Positions 26,293 to 40,453 of a stretch of 64,000 nt of DNA are shown piece after piece. How positions within the stretch are numbered: the first letter of the stretch is position 1; the number at the start of each line of letters is the position of its first letter. Position numbers and translations under genes: made by a program. Origin of the DNA: Ophelia neglecta (Eukaryota); assembly GCA_965285935.1 (NCBI GenBank), contig OZ260666.1, positions 36,642,001-36,706,000 of the forward strand. The letters are read 5' to 3'. Below the pieces are notes generated by a model. That model saw only the letters and a program-made list of their open reading frames with translations, was not told where the DNA came from and ran no database searches.

Positions 26293-27677
26293 TTAATAAG
26301 GAATCAATAAGGAAATGGCTTCCCAGTATTTAGGTGTCTGCAGACTAAATTTAAAGGGGAAGTTTTATAGTTTCTCATCTAAAGTGCATATTCCAGTAAC
26401 TGAATAATTCCTCTCAGTCCTGCCATGAAAAGGAATCATCTCATCTGTCTTGGCGAAGCACACCCAGTAAAAGTAAAAAGCCTCTATTGCCGGCTGTTTC
26501 ATCCTTTATAAGGCCCCGGGGACACATTGCCCTGCCCACTACACTTCCATAGGGATCTGCACTGGTCAAGTGATGTTCATCAACGTCCCCAAAGTACTAA
26601 TTTTCACCATCCAAACTTGCCACAGCCTATCTCCCCAGCTACACAAGAATCTCAGGTGCAACACTGAATAGCTAATAGCCAGGTGCTCCCAGAAAGGTGC
26701 TGCTTAGTTTGTCATGTAGTAACTGGGAGGAGAGAGATGGACAGCACTTCATGTCCTCTCTGGTGCTGTCCCAGCAATTGGCTTACCGGTTGTCCTTTAT
26801 CACACGGACACGAGGAAATAAGTGGATCAATGGGAAAACTTTAGGCAAAGCTGAGCAATATTATCACCTACTAAAATCTGCATCAATGAGAAAAGTCAAT
26901 ACTATAGAAAATGACGATGTTTGTACTGGCTCAGGGCCTGTGGCTTTGGGGCTGTGGTTTCAGTATGCTGTACATAACAGAACCCTAAACAGAGATAGTG
27001 TTTATAAGCCAGTAATTGAGAGTTTAGGAAAAATCTTTTTGGCAGGATTTGAATTTCACAGTTTCACAGTTTGGTGTCATGTACATGTCATCTCCCTGAA
27101 TTAAACTAATCTATTTGTAATATGCTAAATAAAGGGGCATTTAATTTCCTGTTTAAGAGAAGATGACAAATCCTCTTGTTAAAAGCAAGCTAGCTTTGAC
27201 TCTGTAAGCGTATTCTAAATATTCACAACATATTTGTACAGAATTAATATGTGTTGTTTATATATTTTATCAAGGTTTGTTACCATGCTTCTATCCTCAA
27301 GCAGATGTACAATAAAAATTTGAATATTCATACATACCCAACAATGCAAGCTTAGCCTTATACCGTAAAAAATGTGTACCAATTGTTCAACCTGCTGTTT
27401 ATGATATAAAGCATTACCTTCTGGAAATTCTTATTTGATAAATTGGAAACTAATTGTAGCATTTTTATCTTTAAAAATTCCTAAAGTTTAATTAATTATC
27501 TAACTTAATGATCTCTCCTCACTGTATAGATCAGTGTTGCTATATTAGTATTTTCTTGGCAAAATTAAGGTATTTTTGTTTTGTTTTAATTTTCCTTTGT
27601 GCCCTAGTTATATTATGCTTAATATGGACCTGCTGAGAGGGGACCTATACCAGTGGCCATCCAGTCTTGTATTTGTA

Positions 27678-27860
27678 TAGGGAAACCAGTGTAATCAGGT
27701 CAACCAAGGGACTAGAAAAAACTGGCCATATTATGGAAGTGACCTTAATAGGCAGGTTAGTTAAACAGGCATAAATTGGGATTGGGCCATTATTAAGTGG
27801 CCTCAGTGGGCAGGTGACCTTATTACACAGGTGACCACAAACAAAGGTACATAGGTACTG
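27678..27860. mobile_element. Older MITE of the same class as 20257-20433
   Basis: TA-TAGGGAAACCAGTGTAATCAGGTCAACCAAGGGACT start, repeated CAGGTGACC, ends ACTG-TA; similar length and the same CCAA(A)GGGACT subterminal motif. Confidence 0.6.
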
Positions 27861-28339
27861 TACAATATATTTTATATGGTATTTCCATTACCAAGGTTTT
27901 GGACAGACATGAACTGCTTTTGATTTAATATGTTTGGATAGGGTACAACAACTCTAACACAGCATCAACACTCTTTAGAAATGTATGCTGTCATGGAAAA
28001 TTTTATCAATCTTTCATACTGGAAATGATCAAATAGTAACAAATAATATGACTATAAACTCAAATCAAATAATGCTTGCAAAATGAAAAGCTGGTATTGT
28101 AAATACTGTTGTTTGTGGGATAAAGAAGCGCCAAGGAGTTGAATGAAGGGTAATAGTTGAAACATGCGCAAGCTGTCAAATACGGCCCACTCGAGATCCC
28201 TGCAAACCATCGTGGCCATTTCCAATTTCTCAGTCCCGCTAAGGCAAGACACCCTCAAACCTGGGAACTGCTAGCTGTGATTGTCTCCCTTGGAGAGACC
28301 CTCCTCGACATAGACTGACAGCCAGCCCCCACTGTAAAC

Positions 28340-28600
28340 TAAGTCAGAGGGGAAGCCTATCCAAGATGATTACATGTCTAATGGAATGCGGTTAGGATGG
28401 ATGAAGAAATGTGGCTGATAATTATCGTTCTTCAGGAATATAATCCTGGTTGACAGGGAGCTAAAATGGAACAGAGAGGAACAGGAGTAGCATATAACAA
28501 GGAGAGTCAAAGGGGAGACACTCCTCCCTGTAACACAGACAACAAACCCAAACATGGTCATGGAGCATGTATATAGACAAATACCCCAAGCAGAGAACTC
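28340..28600 (+). mobile_element. Decayed LINE endonuclease N-terminal fragment
   Basis: EMWL...LQEYNPG*...QRGTGVAY...HVYRQ resembles the APE motifs ETWL / GY / RGGGVA.Y / YRPP. Confidence 0.4.
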
Positions 28601-31600
28601 TATACCCAGGAAGCAGGCACACTAAGAAACCCAATATGAAGTCAAATATTCACCTCCCAAACCAGTAGGCTTGGCAAACAGCAGCACAGATTGTGATGGA
28701 ATAAGAGATATTTTTTTTATTAATCTACAAAATAGAAATAATGAAATTTTCCTATCAAAAAAAAATCAAACCAATTTCAAATATTAAATTGAACAACAAA
28801 CGGGGCTTGGAATCAATAGAACTAGCACAATGAAATGATTCCTGTATAAAGGCACAGTATTTGTAATATGAAGGGTATCAAATAATTCCATCAAACACAA
28901 TAAGAATGACAAAATATGCTTCACTAATGAAAGACCAACATTCCTTGATTGAGCCTCACCATGAAATTTTCATTCTCTATTTTTTCCATGACATGAAAGT
29001 ATGGTAACTAAAAACTGTGACTATCTACATATTTACTTGAATGAAAAAGTGGAAAACTGACAGCCTTGATTTGCTGTTGCTCTTTTCATGTCAAAATAGT
29101 GAAAAACATTTGTTGGCAATTGATTATAAACTTGCATGCTGGTTCTGTTTCAAGGAAGATAATTGAAAAAAGTGGATTACAGGCCACGTCACCAGGGTCC
29201 CAAAGCAATTAATTATTGTCTTCATGCTAGGAGCGATCTTTTTTTATAAACATTAAATTGGAAACTTGTGTGTATAAAGCTTATGCTAATGCTTCTTACA
29301 CTTGTATTCAATAAAAGCAAACATGTAGGAATAATGAGTGAGATTTAGCCCGGGTTTGTACATCAAAAAGATTTGGAATTACATTTGTAGGCTGTGGGCA
29401 GATCAAAGGTATCATGCATCATTCAGATGAACCACAAACCATGTGTTCCTTCATCCAATTTCTCTTACAATCAGACAGATCCAAACCTGATGGATCCAGC
29501 CAGCACAACATTGCCTCTTTCGGCACTTTACAAATTTGCATTTTTTCCACATACCAGTTGCAAAAACAGATAGGCCAAAATTTAAATTGATGAATGTGAT
29601 TTGGATGTTCCTCCCCTGCAGCTTTGATCAATAGGCCTCAACTCAACTTGGATTTGAGCAGTAAAATAAAGTGGAGCTGAGCAGCCTTTTATTGAGCAGT
29701 AAAGGGAATTGGGAACATTGGAGCAATAAAGATCAGAGGCTCCCGCCTCGGGCTTTAAATCTAATAAGGCTTATCTCATATTGTCAAATTCTAAATGAAA
29801 CATACAGCTTGTATGCCGACTGAATGTCAAAGATACGTTTCTTCTGTTAAACTGGTATTTAATTTAATTAAACTATCATGAGGAAACTAAAATCATGTTC
29901 AATTACAGAAAAGACTTGACCTTCCATAGCCCATTGTTTGTAAAGTCATTCAACTATCCGAATGTGCTTTTCCAAATCTTACTTAGTAATCATTTGAATC
30001 TGTTATCTGTCTCCATCTTCAGATGCAATAATAATTGTTGATGACTCTTTTTCCGACTGTTCAGTGCTTGGGTCAACATCTCACATCAAAGGTGAACTCA
30101 GCATCATTATCAGGGGCTTTAAGACAAGGATTGATGACCAGTTTGTAGGTTTTTTCCAATACATGTATTACGTGATACAAGTATGGGTACAAGAAGCAGC
30201 ATTGTCCTTGAGATATACAGTGTAAACATTGATCAAATAAAGACTTGTAATTCCACCTGATTAACTTTCTTCCCTGATACAGATTTTTTTAGTTCCGAGA
30301 ACAGCGGTACATGTGGTTTGTTAGAGATAAGAGAATGATCAGTGATCGCTACTCATCTGTCTTCCCTTTCTCCGTCTGCCTCACATGCCAGTACAGTAGG
30401 GGGCCAACAAAGTTGGGTCAATAATGTAAAGTAGTGGCCTAGCTGTGTGATTCAATGGCTACCCAATGAGAAGTAGCATATCAATCCACATCAGAGGTTT
30501 TATAGCAGGGGATCACGTACAAACTGCCTGACTAACAGTCATGAGGTGTTTATCAAAAGCTACCACTTCAAATTATAACTTAATGGGACATAAATGTCAG
30601 TATCATTTTGGCATGGCTGTTAGCTTTATCCTAAAACCTGGACATTGACCTGGGAAGAGCCAATATATCATATTATGTAGAAATGTCCAGGGGTGACTTC
30701 TGCATTGACTTTTAATATTAAGTAATTCAGAAGAGTTACCAAATACATTAAATGCACTAAGAATGAACAACAGGTGCTGGTACAAGCTTCATGTAAATTG
30801 ATAAATCAAATAAATTTGCTTGTATTATACATAGGTGTGTAGCTGGTCTAGTCAATGGTGGTTAAAGAGTTAATCAATCTTATGTTGGTATTAAAGTCCA
30901 GAAATGTATGACAAAAGCCACATTTTTATTTTGATCAGATATGCCACTTTCAATTTTACATTTTATCATGTCCACCATATGTTAAATTCACCTGAATCAC
31001 TTCTTTTTTAATACTATTTACCAGTTTAGATGCTTGATTACCGTGACCCAGTCCAGTAGTTGCCAAAATCACCTATCTTATGGCTTATATGTATCTATAT
31101 TTATAATTATCCATTTATATCTACATGTATAATAATTATCAATGATGCACTCTTTTGATATAAATATGCCTATAACTCATGTACATAATGAACAAGTACT
31201 ATGTCATTTAGGACGATTCCTTTGTCATACACACATCAGCTAGAAACTTTACTACCGGCCTAGTTTTTCTCAAAAAAGAACAGGTTCTAATTATTTTCAA
31301 CCTGCCATAGCTGACTTCAATCTCTGATCATTTTCTTCAATGTATTTTTTGTTCCATAAATGTTCATTATCTTCTATTTTCTGCATCTGCTTTCCAGCTT
31401 TATAGATCAAATAATTTTTCTATTGTAGCTACCATATGTCAAGGACATCATCATGCGACCACAAAAGAAGTTCTACGATTCCTGGTGCCTGATAAAACTA
31501 TGCCATCCTATCAACACCTACACATACAGTCTTGTAGTTTATTCGTTTTACTACTGCCATGTTTGTCTGGTATATTTTTATGTTAGACATGATGGCAGAA

Positions 31601-32397
31601 AACTGAAAACTGCTTCTAAACAGCCAAGTGACAGGAAGACCATACTACTAACAATAACCTTCAAGTAACATGCCAAGTGTACAGATTCATTATCATTAAC
31701 ACATCAACCATTGAAAACCTGAACACCCTATCAGGGAATGATTTTATCAAATTGCCTATCAGAAATAATGTTATTTTTTATACCATTCTTGAATGAACCC
31801 AGGCTGGAGATGATTTCATTATCTATGATAACATTGTAAATAAACTTCAAAAATTATCAGCAGAATAAAATGAACAACACTATATATAATGAGCTTTACA
31901 GCTATATTAAGACTTCCAGACTATTTCATTTTTTTATGTTTATTTTGTCTTAAACAAATGATACCATCCACTTCAAAGATAACAAGGTGTTGAATTTGAA
32001 TTATTTTTATGATGAACAAGAATTGAACCATTTCTTTTCTCTTCCATAAAAAACAAAGCCAAAATTCTCCCATTCATATTTTTAAATATAAAATTACAAA
32101 ATTTATATTTACTATTAACATGTATGCATGTCACTTGTTTTTGTCTTGTAATGTTTACAATTTATATAACTTTTCATGTCTTGGAAATAAATAAGAAATT
32201 CATGTTTAGACTATTCTCCCTCAGTCACAAACAACCTGGAATATATTTATAATGTTTCTTTCTGCATACTAATTATTGGTATGGAAGTCTCTGGCATTGA
32301 ATACATTCTAATTAATAATTGATTTTCAATCGATAATGAATCAATTGACAATAAATTACAATATATGGTAAGTGATGTATTTGAGTAGTATACTCAC

Positions 32398-32480
32398 AGA
32401 TAAACTTGATAAATAAAAGGTTGAATATCCAAAGACCTCTCAACATGCTTGACTTACCTGGAAGGGAAAAACAAAATACA
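32398..32480 (-). other. Recursive-splice-site-like motif (AG|GTAAGT) with a 60-nt putative RS-exon
   Basis: Minus strand reads tattttgtttttcccttccag|GTAAGT at 32458/32457, with a second donor TCT|gtgagt 60 nt downstream. Confidence 0.5.
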
Positions 32481-34600
32481 CATTAAATCATTGACATTTC
32501 TATTCTGGGCTTTGAAATTAAATGCAGGTGGTTTAAGTAAGTCAATTCAAACTACTTTACTAAACAACATGAAACACAGACTCAGGCAAAGTAGTGCATG
32601 GCAAATGTCAGTATTGTTACTACTCTGTTCATGTAAACTACTTCAAGGATACTTGTGAATTCTAAAGAAAGGACACATCAGGGTTATACTATTGTTCCAG
32701 AATTGTTTAGCGATGGGTCGCAGATGTGACATGAGACAGAACTGATTCTACCCAATTATAAAATATTTTGATGAAGAACCTAATAAGGTAACTAAGAATA
32801 CTGAACTTCTTTATGTTAGTAAATTTTTTGTAAACAACTCAAGAATAAACAAAAAGTGGTCAAAACCATGCAATATATACACTTTGAAAGGGGAACTTTA
32901 CAATGCATGAAAATTTATACTAGCTAGCAGGCCAAATGACCACTGCATATAGATAAAAGATTAAAAAAATATACTGTGTCCTTGGGTTGACATTTTTTGT
33001 TTGTTTTGTGTGCCATGGTTTTTTAACGTCTCAGTGATAAACACAATGATATGTCTATAGTTTATATAATTTTCAAAGCTCTCACACTTTTAACAATCAT
33101 CTTAAAGGTAAAATGAAAGATATGCCAATACATGGACATTGTATGAGTACAGATATCTAATGGAATCCAACTTAAATGATAAAGTTCAGCCAGCTGAGCT
33201 TCAGCAAGCATTCCAACCAGAAAGAGGAATTCATTCCACCCCACTGGAAAACGTTTTAATAGATTATCCTACCTGTCTTATATCAAAATAGGAAAGAAAA
33301 ATGTGAGCATAAACAATGTTAAATAAGTACCCGTGTTAAAATTGCATTTCATAATGACTACCAAAGGTAAAGGGGGTTTAAATTTCATCAGCTCCTGCTA
33401 GTATTACAAGGAAAAAAATATTTACTAGATGGTAATTTCACTCACCATTATATACACAGCTATCGTTGTAAACTCTCAGTACACTGGTCAGGGACTATTA
33501 AATTCAATTACAAGCCAATGCTTACAAAACAAGCCATCCAGGTATTAAGAATGCAGAAGCATAACTAGCATAATTTCGCTTCTTCATTGGAGTCCAATAA
33601 ATTGATATGGAAATGTCATGTTGGTTTAAAGGGTGGTGTCCTGCATCTAAATTGAATCAGATGCGGTCCAAATGAACGTGGTTCTGAGCAGAATCTTAGA
33701 TAGAACGAGTGCCACAAGTGTATTTTAGTTTGAAACAATATAATTATATTTTCCCCTGAGCAAGAAAGGTACAATGAGGCAGAGCAGTGTCTCTTATGCA
33801 TTAGTGTAATTAAGGATAAGCACATTTCTCCACCATTTTGTCACTGAGTCAACAAAAGACATTGCTGGGGAATATTTCACTCAATATGAGTTGAAATATT
33901 AAGTGAAAAAAATTTGCTTTGCTTTGTATTGCTTTGAGCATCTAAACACACAATCACTCTTTGCCTACAAATCTTCTAGGCAGTAAATAAGCTAAACTTT
34001 CCCTCTTTCGTTCATGCTGTTATGCCACTTACAATGCTTTTAGCTACACTTAACTAACTTGAATACTGAATTATATGTATTTGATTGATAAGAGGTTAAT
34101 GCTTTTAGGCCAGATAAGCTGGAATGCTAAGAACTGCAGTATAAATGTCACCATCCGAACACTTGTACGAGCAAACTGGCTTCTAGACAGGACTCCATTG
34201 GGAGAGGTGGCAAAGCCAGTTCAACAGATATGGCACTACTGCGGCAGCAAAGTCAAATGGAAGAAAAAACCTACAGTATCTTTGATGAACAACCTTTGGA
34301 GAATCCGATAAAACCAACAGCATTTACAGGAAGAAATGTTTACATTTTTCTAGTGTCAGGATACTTTTGCAAGTGCCCACTAATAGGTTTCCAAGCAGGC
34401 AAAGTGTTTTGTGAATCTGTAGAACAATTCAGGGGCTCAAAGGGAATGAACCGAAATGTCCTGATTGGACTTAATGCTTCAACAATATATAGCCCAAATG
34501 CTAAGTTTTAAACAAACAATCGTCTCTATTTGAAAGGAAAGTACAAAGGAAAAAAATACTATTCTGATCAACAAAATAAAGTGAGCAAATTCAAGGTTTT

Positions 34601-34985
34601 GAGGGCATGCCATGGCTTAACTCCGCCTGGTGGGTTAGCTTGTCAATACTATCTACACCTGGTGGGATTACTGGTAAATATCTCCATCTGGTGGGAATAC
34701 TGGTTAAAACTATATCTTAACCAGGTGGTAAAAATAGTAAAAACTATGAATAGAATCTTCTCATTTTAAAAGTGTGCAAGCACCATACACATGAGTGCAC
34801 AAGGGTAAAATCTAGGCACATCTTTCTTGTTCTTAGCACACATCCATATTTGCTAAGCCCTTTCTCATAAGAATTAACAGCTCTGACTGTTTGTTATGAG
34901 TGATAACGCCATACTTATGGCGAGGGCATGCCATAGCTCATGTCCATCTGGTAGGTCTGCTGGTAAATTATATGTCCACCTGCAT
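34601..34985. repeat. Local duplication with internal ~28-30-bp degenerate tandem units
   Basis: GAGGGCATGCCAT(G/A)GCT occurs at 34601 and 34922, each followed by CC(A/G)(C/T)CTGGT(G/A)GG...CTGGTAAA units. Confidence 0.6.
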
Positions 34986-37544
34986 GGGGCCCTAGTGTTA
35001 TTGTGGCACACCAGGGAAGGGTTGGACAATCATGCTGGAAATAATACCTTTGATCCCAATAGAAGAAATCACACAGTGTACCAGTTTCTGTCTTTCAATC
35101 TCCATATCTAGCCCTACCCATAAACACATTTTAAATGGAAGATTTTTTTACCCAAAATATGAAAATAATTAAATTCAAGTTGCAGAAAACTAACATTCAT
35201 CTCACGGTTGAACACATATTTCACCTGTATATCCTTCAATTTTCATGTCAGTCTCAACTGTCTGGGGACTAACAGTGCCCCAATGACATGGGGGTTTTAC
35301 CCATGACACTTACATGTATTAACTCTTAATGCCCTGTGTTATCAAAGCTGGTGAAAATTCATCCAACCAGGTAAGTATCTATTTTTCAGGGGACCCTGGT
35401 ACATTTACATAAAAGTAGTTGAACATGTACATGTACAGTATTTTCTTTCACAGGTTTTGTTAATTTTTGTTTTCTTCTATAATTGTACACATAGGAGGAA
35501 TGTACAGGAAATTGGCAAGTTTCTGAGAAACTGTTTTCTTCATCAGACCATCAATTAATTCAGGGCTGTGAATACCGACAGACACATTAAAGTAATTTAC
35601 TTCAAAGACTTAATCAAGAGGTGTCTTACAGCCACTTATTTGTAGAGTTATAAAGTCAAGTTGACAAAAATCACTGACGTCATCACTGTAAAAACCAGCT
35701 TTACAAACCAGCTTAGTTGTCAGCAATGACAGACTGAAGTTTGCCTTCTTCTGTCAGCTCCTGTTCCATTGCTGACTTAGAGTCTGCAGGTTATTTAAGT
35801 GTTTGAGGATGTCCAAGGCAATTGAGATGTGGTATATGGAAGTTGACTAATGGAACTCATGGGAAGGGTTAAGAATATAAAAGCCCATAGTGCTAAAAGC
35901 TTGCCTAAAATCATCATTGTGAATAATGGGAAAAGGTTTATATATGAGAAACCATCTGAATTAGAAAACTAAAGTGCTTTTAATCCATTTCCAAGGTAAC
36001 ACTTTTGTCTAATACCAAATTTCTCAACTTTAAAAGGATATAAAGAAGCAAACGTCATATTGGTTGTCAGGTAAGAAGAATGCCCAGCCTGAAAAAACTA
36101 CAGCAATGTTGGCCGTGATGAGATAAGGGTAATGGAGAAGTGGTTTCTATTGCTTCAAGACATGCAAATTGGTGTGGTAAGCATGTGGCTTTAATCCCAT
36201 CAGAAGAATACACTGGTTGAGTGGCTTAATACCAGCTCTGAGCTGACTAATATGGCATGTTAACATTACAGCAAGTGACAGGGCCAAATTTTTGATGGCA
36301 CTTGTCACACAAAGCATTTTTATGCTTCTTTGCACAAAATTTGCAGCCTGCCACACAGACAGGAAACTACTGAGAATGAAGAATCTGTTCAGCATACAAA
36401 CTTGCTCCAAAGTTCTGAAATAATAATACATGTAGTGCTTTTTATACAGATAAATTGCTGCATGAAAACCATAGAGTGTCCCACGGATTGATTTCTTCAT
36501 GTCATTCACTGTAAAACCCACTAGTGTAATGTTAGGTTTAATTTGCTAACTTTCAAGTTAAATCCACGAATTTTAACTAATTACAATATAGGCCAATAAA
36601 TATAGGGATTTGACAAAAGTATAATAAAGCTGTTTATCATAAAAGTTAATGATGCCACATAGCACTAAGACCAACCCCATATCAATAGGGAAGATATATG
36701 ATCCACCTGTGCCCAATAGTTCCTGAGAAATGGGCAGATGTCAATGATGCATTTAGAGAACTGCGATTCCTTTGGTCGATGGACCAATAATGCATAGCGC
36801 TTTACAAATCTTACTGTAAACATTTATTTTACGTTGGTCTTTTCCATTGAACTTTGAAAATCTTTGATAGAATACACTCAACAATCATTAAAGCACTTGT
36901 TCCTGGTTTGACAATGCATTTAGAGTCTTGAAGGCCACTGAATAACTCTGATATGATATGACTGTCTGATCAATTTCCTCTGCAGTTATTTTATTGGTAC
37001 TTCTGATCCTCTGTTTATTCAGTCATATAGAACCACCCAGGGTCATGCCCAGAGCTGAGACAAGGGAAGGGTGGGGTACAAACACCTGTACCCTCCCACA
37101 ACCTTCTCTTGAGGCCAGCCCCACTTTTCTACACCAATGAAGGGGTATTTGTTCCCTGTCCCACAAGGGCATCCTGTCCCTTCCCCCACCCTTATGTGCC
37201 TCTGACCACACAGGGGAAACACCAGCCTGTGTGTACATAAGCCTTGCTCCACCACAGTGCCAAACACAAGCCTAACAGCACAAGGCCATAGGAGAAACCA
37301 TACAATAATCATATCACATTCACCTTGCATACACATTTTAAAGATTAAAGATCCCTAGATATATAGACATGCCATAGATCAGTACCTGTAAACATCAATA
37401 GGCTATGTTTGAATAGTTTTAGAATACACCATTAGTTTCCTACACTGTCTGACCAGCAGCCATCTGATCAGCTTCATCAACCTTGCCAGTATTATAACAA
37501 TTGATTTATTGAACAGCTCTTGCTAGCCTACCTGGCCTATAACA

Positions 37545-38490
37545 AATGTTAACAATAACAGTCAATGCACTGTATATAGAATGTTTAAAACAAAGTTAGA
37601 TTTTGAATAGTACTTAAGTAAACTTCAGTATAACGATAGGATAAATTTATGTAAATTCAGATGTAGAAACCACAATTTGCCAATTACTGAGGGCAGATTC
37701 TTAGAAGTTGACCAGAACGAAATATTATGCTCACTATGCTCATTACAAGAACTTGGAGATGAATTTCATTATTTGTTAAATTGTCCACATTTTAATACAG
37801 AAAGAAAGAAATTTCTTGGCAAAACTCTTATAAAAAATGCAAATGTAATTTCTCTGCAAAACATTGTTGATTCTAGCAAAATATCAAGGCTAAGAAACCT
37901 TGCAAAATTTGTTACTTTAATAATGAAACAATTTACAGATTCAAGCAATACTACTAGGTTGTATATTAAAGATGAAGTTGGTGAAAAAACCACAACCAGA
38001 TCTGGAAGAAATGTAGTAAGACCAAGAAGTTTGATCTCTGGGCTCAAGCTATTCAATTCAATATTAAATTACAATATTGTAAACATAACTGTATAAATGG
38101 CGACTCTTTATCTTGACTGCTAGACTATGTTCCACAGCTATTTGCTCAATTATTACACCTGTTGAAGTTAGCACATAATTCTCTATGTATTGCATAACTG
38201 TATGTATGGTGACTCTTTATTTTGTTTGTGTTCCACAACTATTTGCTCAATTTGTACTCCTGTAAAGTTATCACGGTTTTAAATGCAAAATGGTTGTTTT
38301 CTCAAAAGTATAGCGGTTGATTTACAATTGTTTTTGTTTTGCTCAATATACATTAATTTATTTTGGTACCGGCAGTATTAATAGTTTATTGGTATTTTTA
38401 TAACTTGTTAATAAATTGTATGATGTTTTGTACTCCTATACCCCGAAGGGGGTCGCTGAGTCAAATAAAACTTGTTCAAACTTGTTCAAC
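37545..38490 (+). mobile_element. 5'-truncated LINE 3' end (ORF2 C-terminal zinc knuckle, 3' UTR and tail); RTE-X/L2-like
   Basis: RINLCKFRCRNHNLPITEGRF...LCSLCSLQELGDEFHYLLNCPHFNTERKKF is the typical non-LTR ORF2 C-terminus; upstream stop codon; ends in AATAAAACTTGTTCAAACTTGTTCAA. Confidence 0.85.
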
Positions 38491-40282
38491 AAATCTTGGC
38501 TTATAAGACTCAGGACCTTTTGCAATTGAAATCTGGTCAAATGAAAGCTCTGCACCACAGCCCCAGACTGGTCTTTTCCTAGTCAAGTATTTAACCATAA
38601 GGATAAAGTCTGATATGGCAATGAGCAATTGTAAGATCTTGCTTTTAAGACAAAGAAATCATTCAAGCATATTCATTACTATATATACATGTACATATAC
38701 ATATAAAAATGGGAGTGCATGAATAGCCGTCAGACAAAGAAATCATTAGGAACAGTCCATTCAATTGTCTAAAAAAATCAAGAAGCACTAGGTTCAGTCC
38801 CCCACACACACCCCCCAGCTCCCAGCTGCCAACATTACAGAAACCCTCCCTCTCACGGTGTTATCTCAATCTTTAAGTTTTTCCTTAGGGAACGTTGTTC
38901 ACTTGCTCATCTACAATACAAAAAATATGCATGATGCCATTATCATCCAAGTTTTACCTTTCACCCCCATCTGGACCTATAGCCTCAGTTCTTCCTAGCA
39001 CACAAGTTTAAACTTACCCAAATTATTTCTAGCACATGGGGCCTGGAACCTATTAATGTATATATGCTTATGTCAATAATCTGCTAAAAGCATTGTTTAG
39101 TGTTTGCCCGACACAGGCAAAAAAGCTATCAAATATTTAGAAGTCTGATTTCAGGAATGGGAATAGAGCATTTCACACCAATATTTAATATGTCAGATTC
39201 CCAATAGTTCTATTATGGTTCGACCATAAGTAACAAACGTAATATCAAAATCCTTATCATTATGATCCTTATAACTGATGCAGCAACAAATTAAAAGGCA
39301 TGCATGGTTAAAGAAAAAGACTTTCTTCCATGCAAACGAGTATATTATTTCTAAGAAAATTCATATTTCAATCCCTATTTATGTTCAATCCCTGTTATCT
39401 TTCCAAAAACTGCTTATCACTGTTGAATATATATTCCAAATAATCATTTAATTGAAGTTGTGACTGCATGTGAGCAATTGTACACTCGAGATCCTAAAGC
39501 AATGTGATCAATCGAATGGGAATTTCACGCAATAAAACTTTGGTTACCCCATGACTGATCACGAAATTCTTGCCCGGGGATTCTGAACCAACCGAGGATA
39601 ATTTATATTCATCAACTATCGATTGTGGAGTCTTAATTGAAGTTCTGCGTATAATGCCAGATATCAATGAATTTTATCTCCTTAGTTGAATAAAAAACTG
39701 GCTTTGTGTTTTATCAATTGGGCCTATTGGGAACATGTTTCCACGGTGGCACGCAATGTCCGTCCGGCGGAATAAAGAGCACATGCTGGGGGACTAGAGG
39801 TACTATGACTCCAGCGAACTACCACAGTCCTTGAGGCCTGGTCCATTCAATATATTCATCGATTCCCTTGGTTATTGATGACTAGGTGTGCAGCTCATAG
39901 TCTGGCCCAATCAATGGATAAAAAGGCAATATTCTATAAGCAACATGTATTTTTGGTGAATATTACCAGGAGAGACGAGTCAACGAGTCAAATTCAACAC
40001 TCGTTTGATACACATTATATATGCTGGTTACCTAGATTGATATCTCCATCTAAAATGAAAAGAATAGAAAAATGTTCTGGTAAATAATGGGGTATGCCAC
40101 CATCTACTTGTGAGACTGTACCTGGTCTCCATAAACATCTGTGAATGGAACAAACCAATTGTATAAATTGTAAGTGATTCATCTTACTTGACAGTTGTAA
40201 GTCTCACTGCTATTGTCTGCAGGGGATATTTATAAAGAGAAATATCTTTACTTGTACAGAACCCTTCCAACAGCGACCTTAC

Positions 40283-40453
40283 CTTGAATTTATACTTGTT
40301 GTAAATATTCTGTATTTCAGTCTGGCTGTCACCTGACTTCTCTTGGCTTTGCTCCTGGAAGAAGGTCGGAGAGTTTAGCTCCGTCCACCTTTCCTCGTGG
40401 TCCTCCTCAAAACTAAACTCCATGACCAGACGTCTTTTAACTTAATATAATAT
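40283..40453 (-). CDS. Candidate start-codon exon: MEFSFEEDHEERWTELNSPTFFQEQSQEKSGDSQTEIQNIYNKYKFK (ATG at 40423)
   Basis: Acceptor caaccctag|ATA, in-frame TAA upstream of the ATG, 47 coding-like codons and a strong phase-0 donor AAG|gtaagg. Confidence 0.5.

Noticed and set aside
29346-29754. Possible Harbinger-like MITE (AGCCCG…CGGGCT ends)
   Set aside because: The inverted match is only 6-9 bp and the target duplication is ambiguous.
31450-31830. Faint LINE C-terminal motifs (PDK, PILE)
   Set aside because: Too decayed to distinguish from chance.
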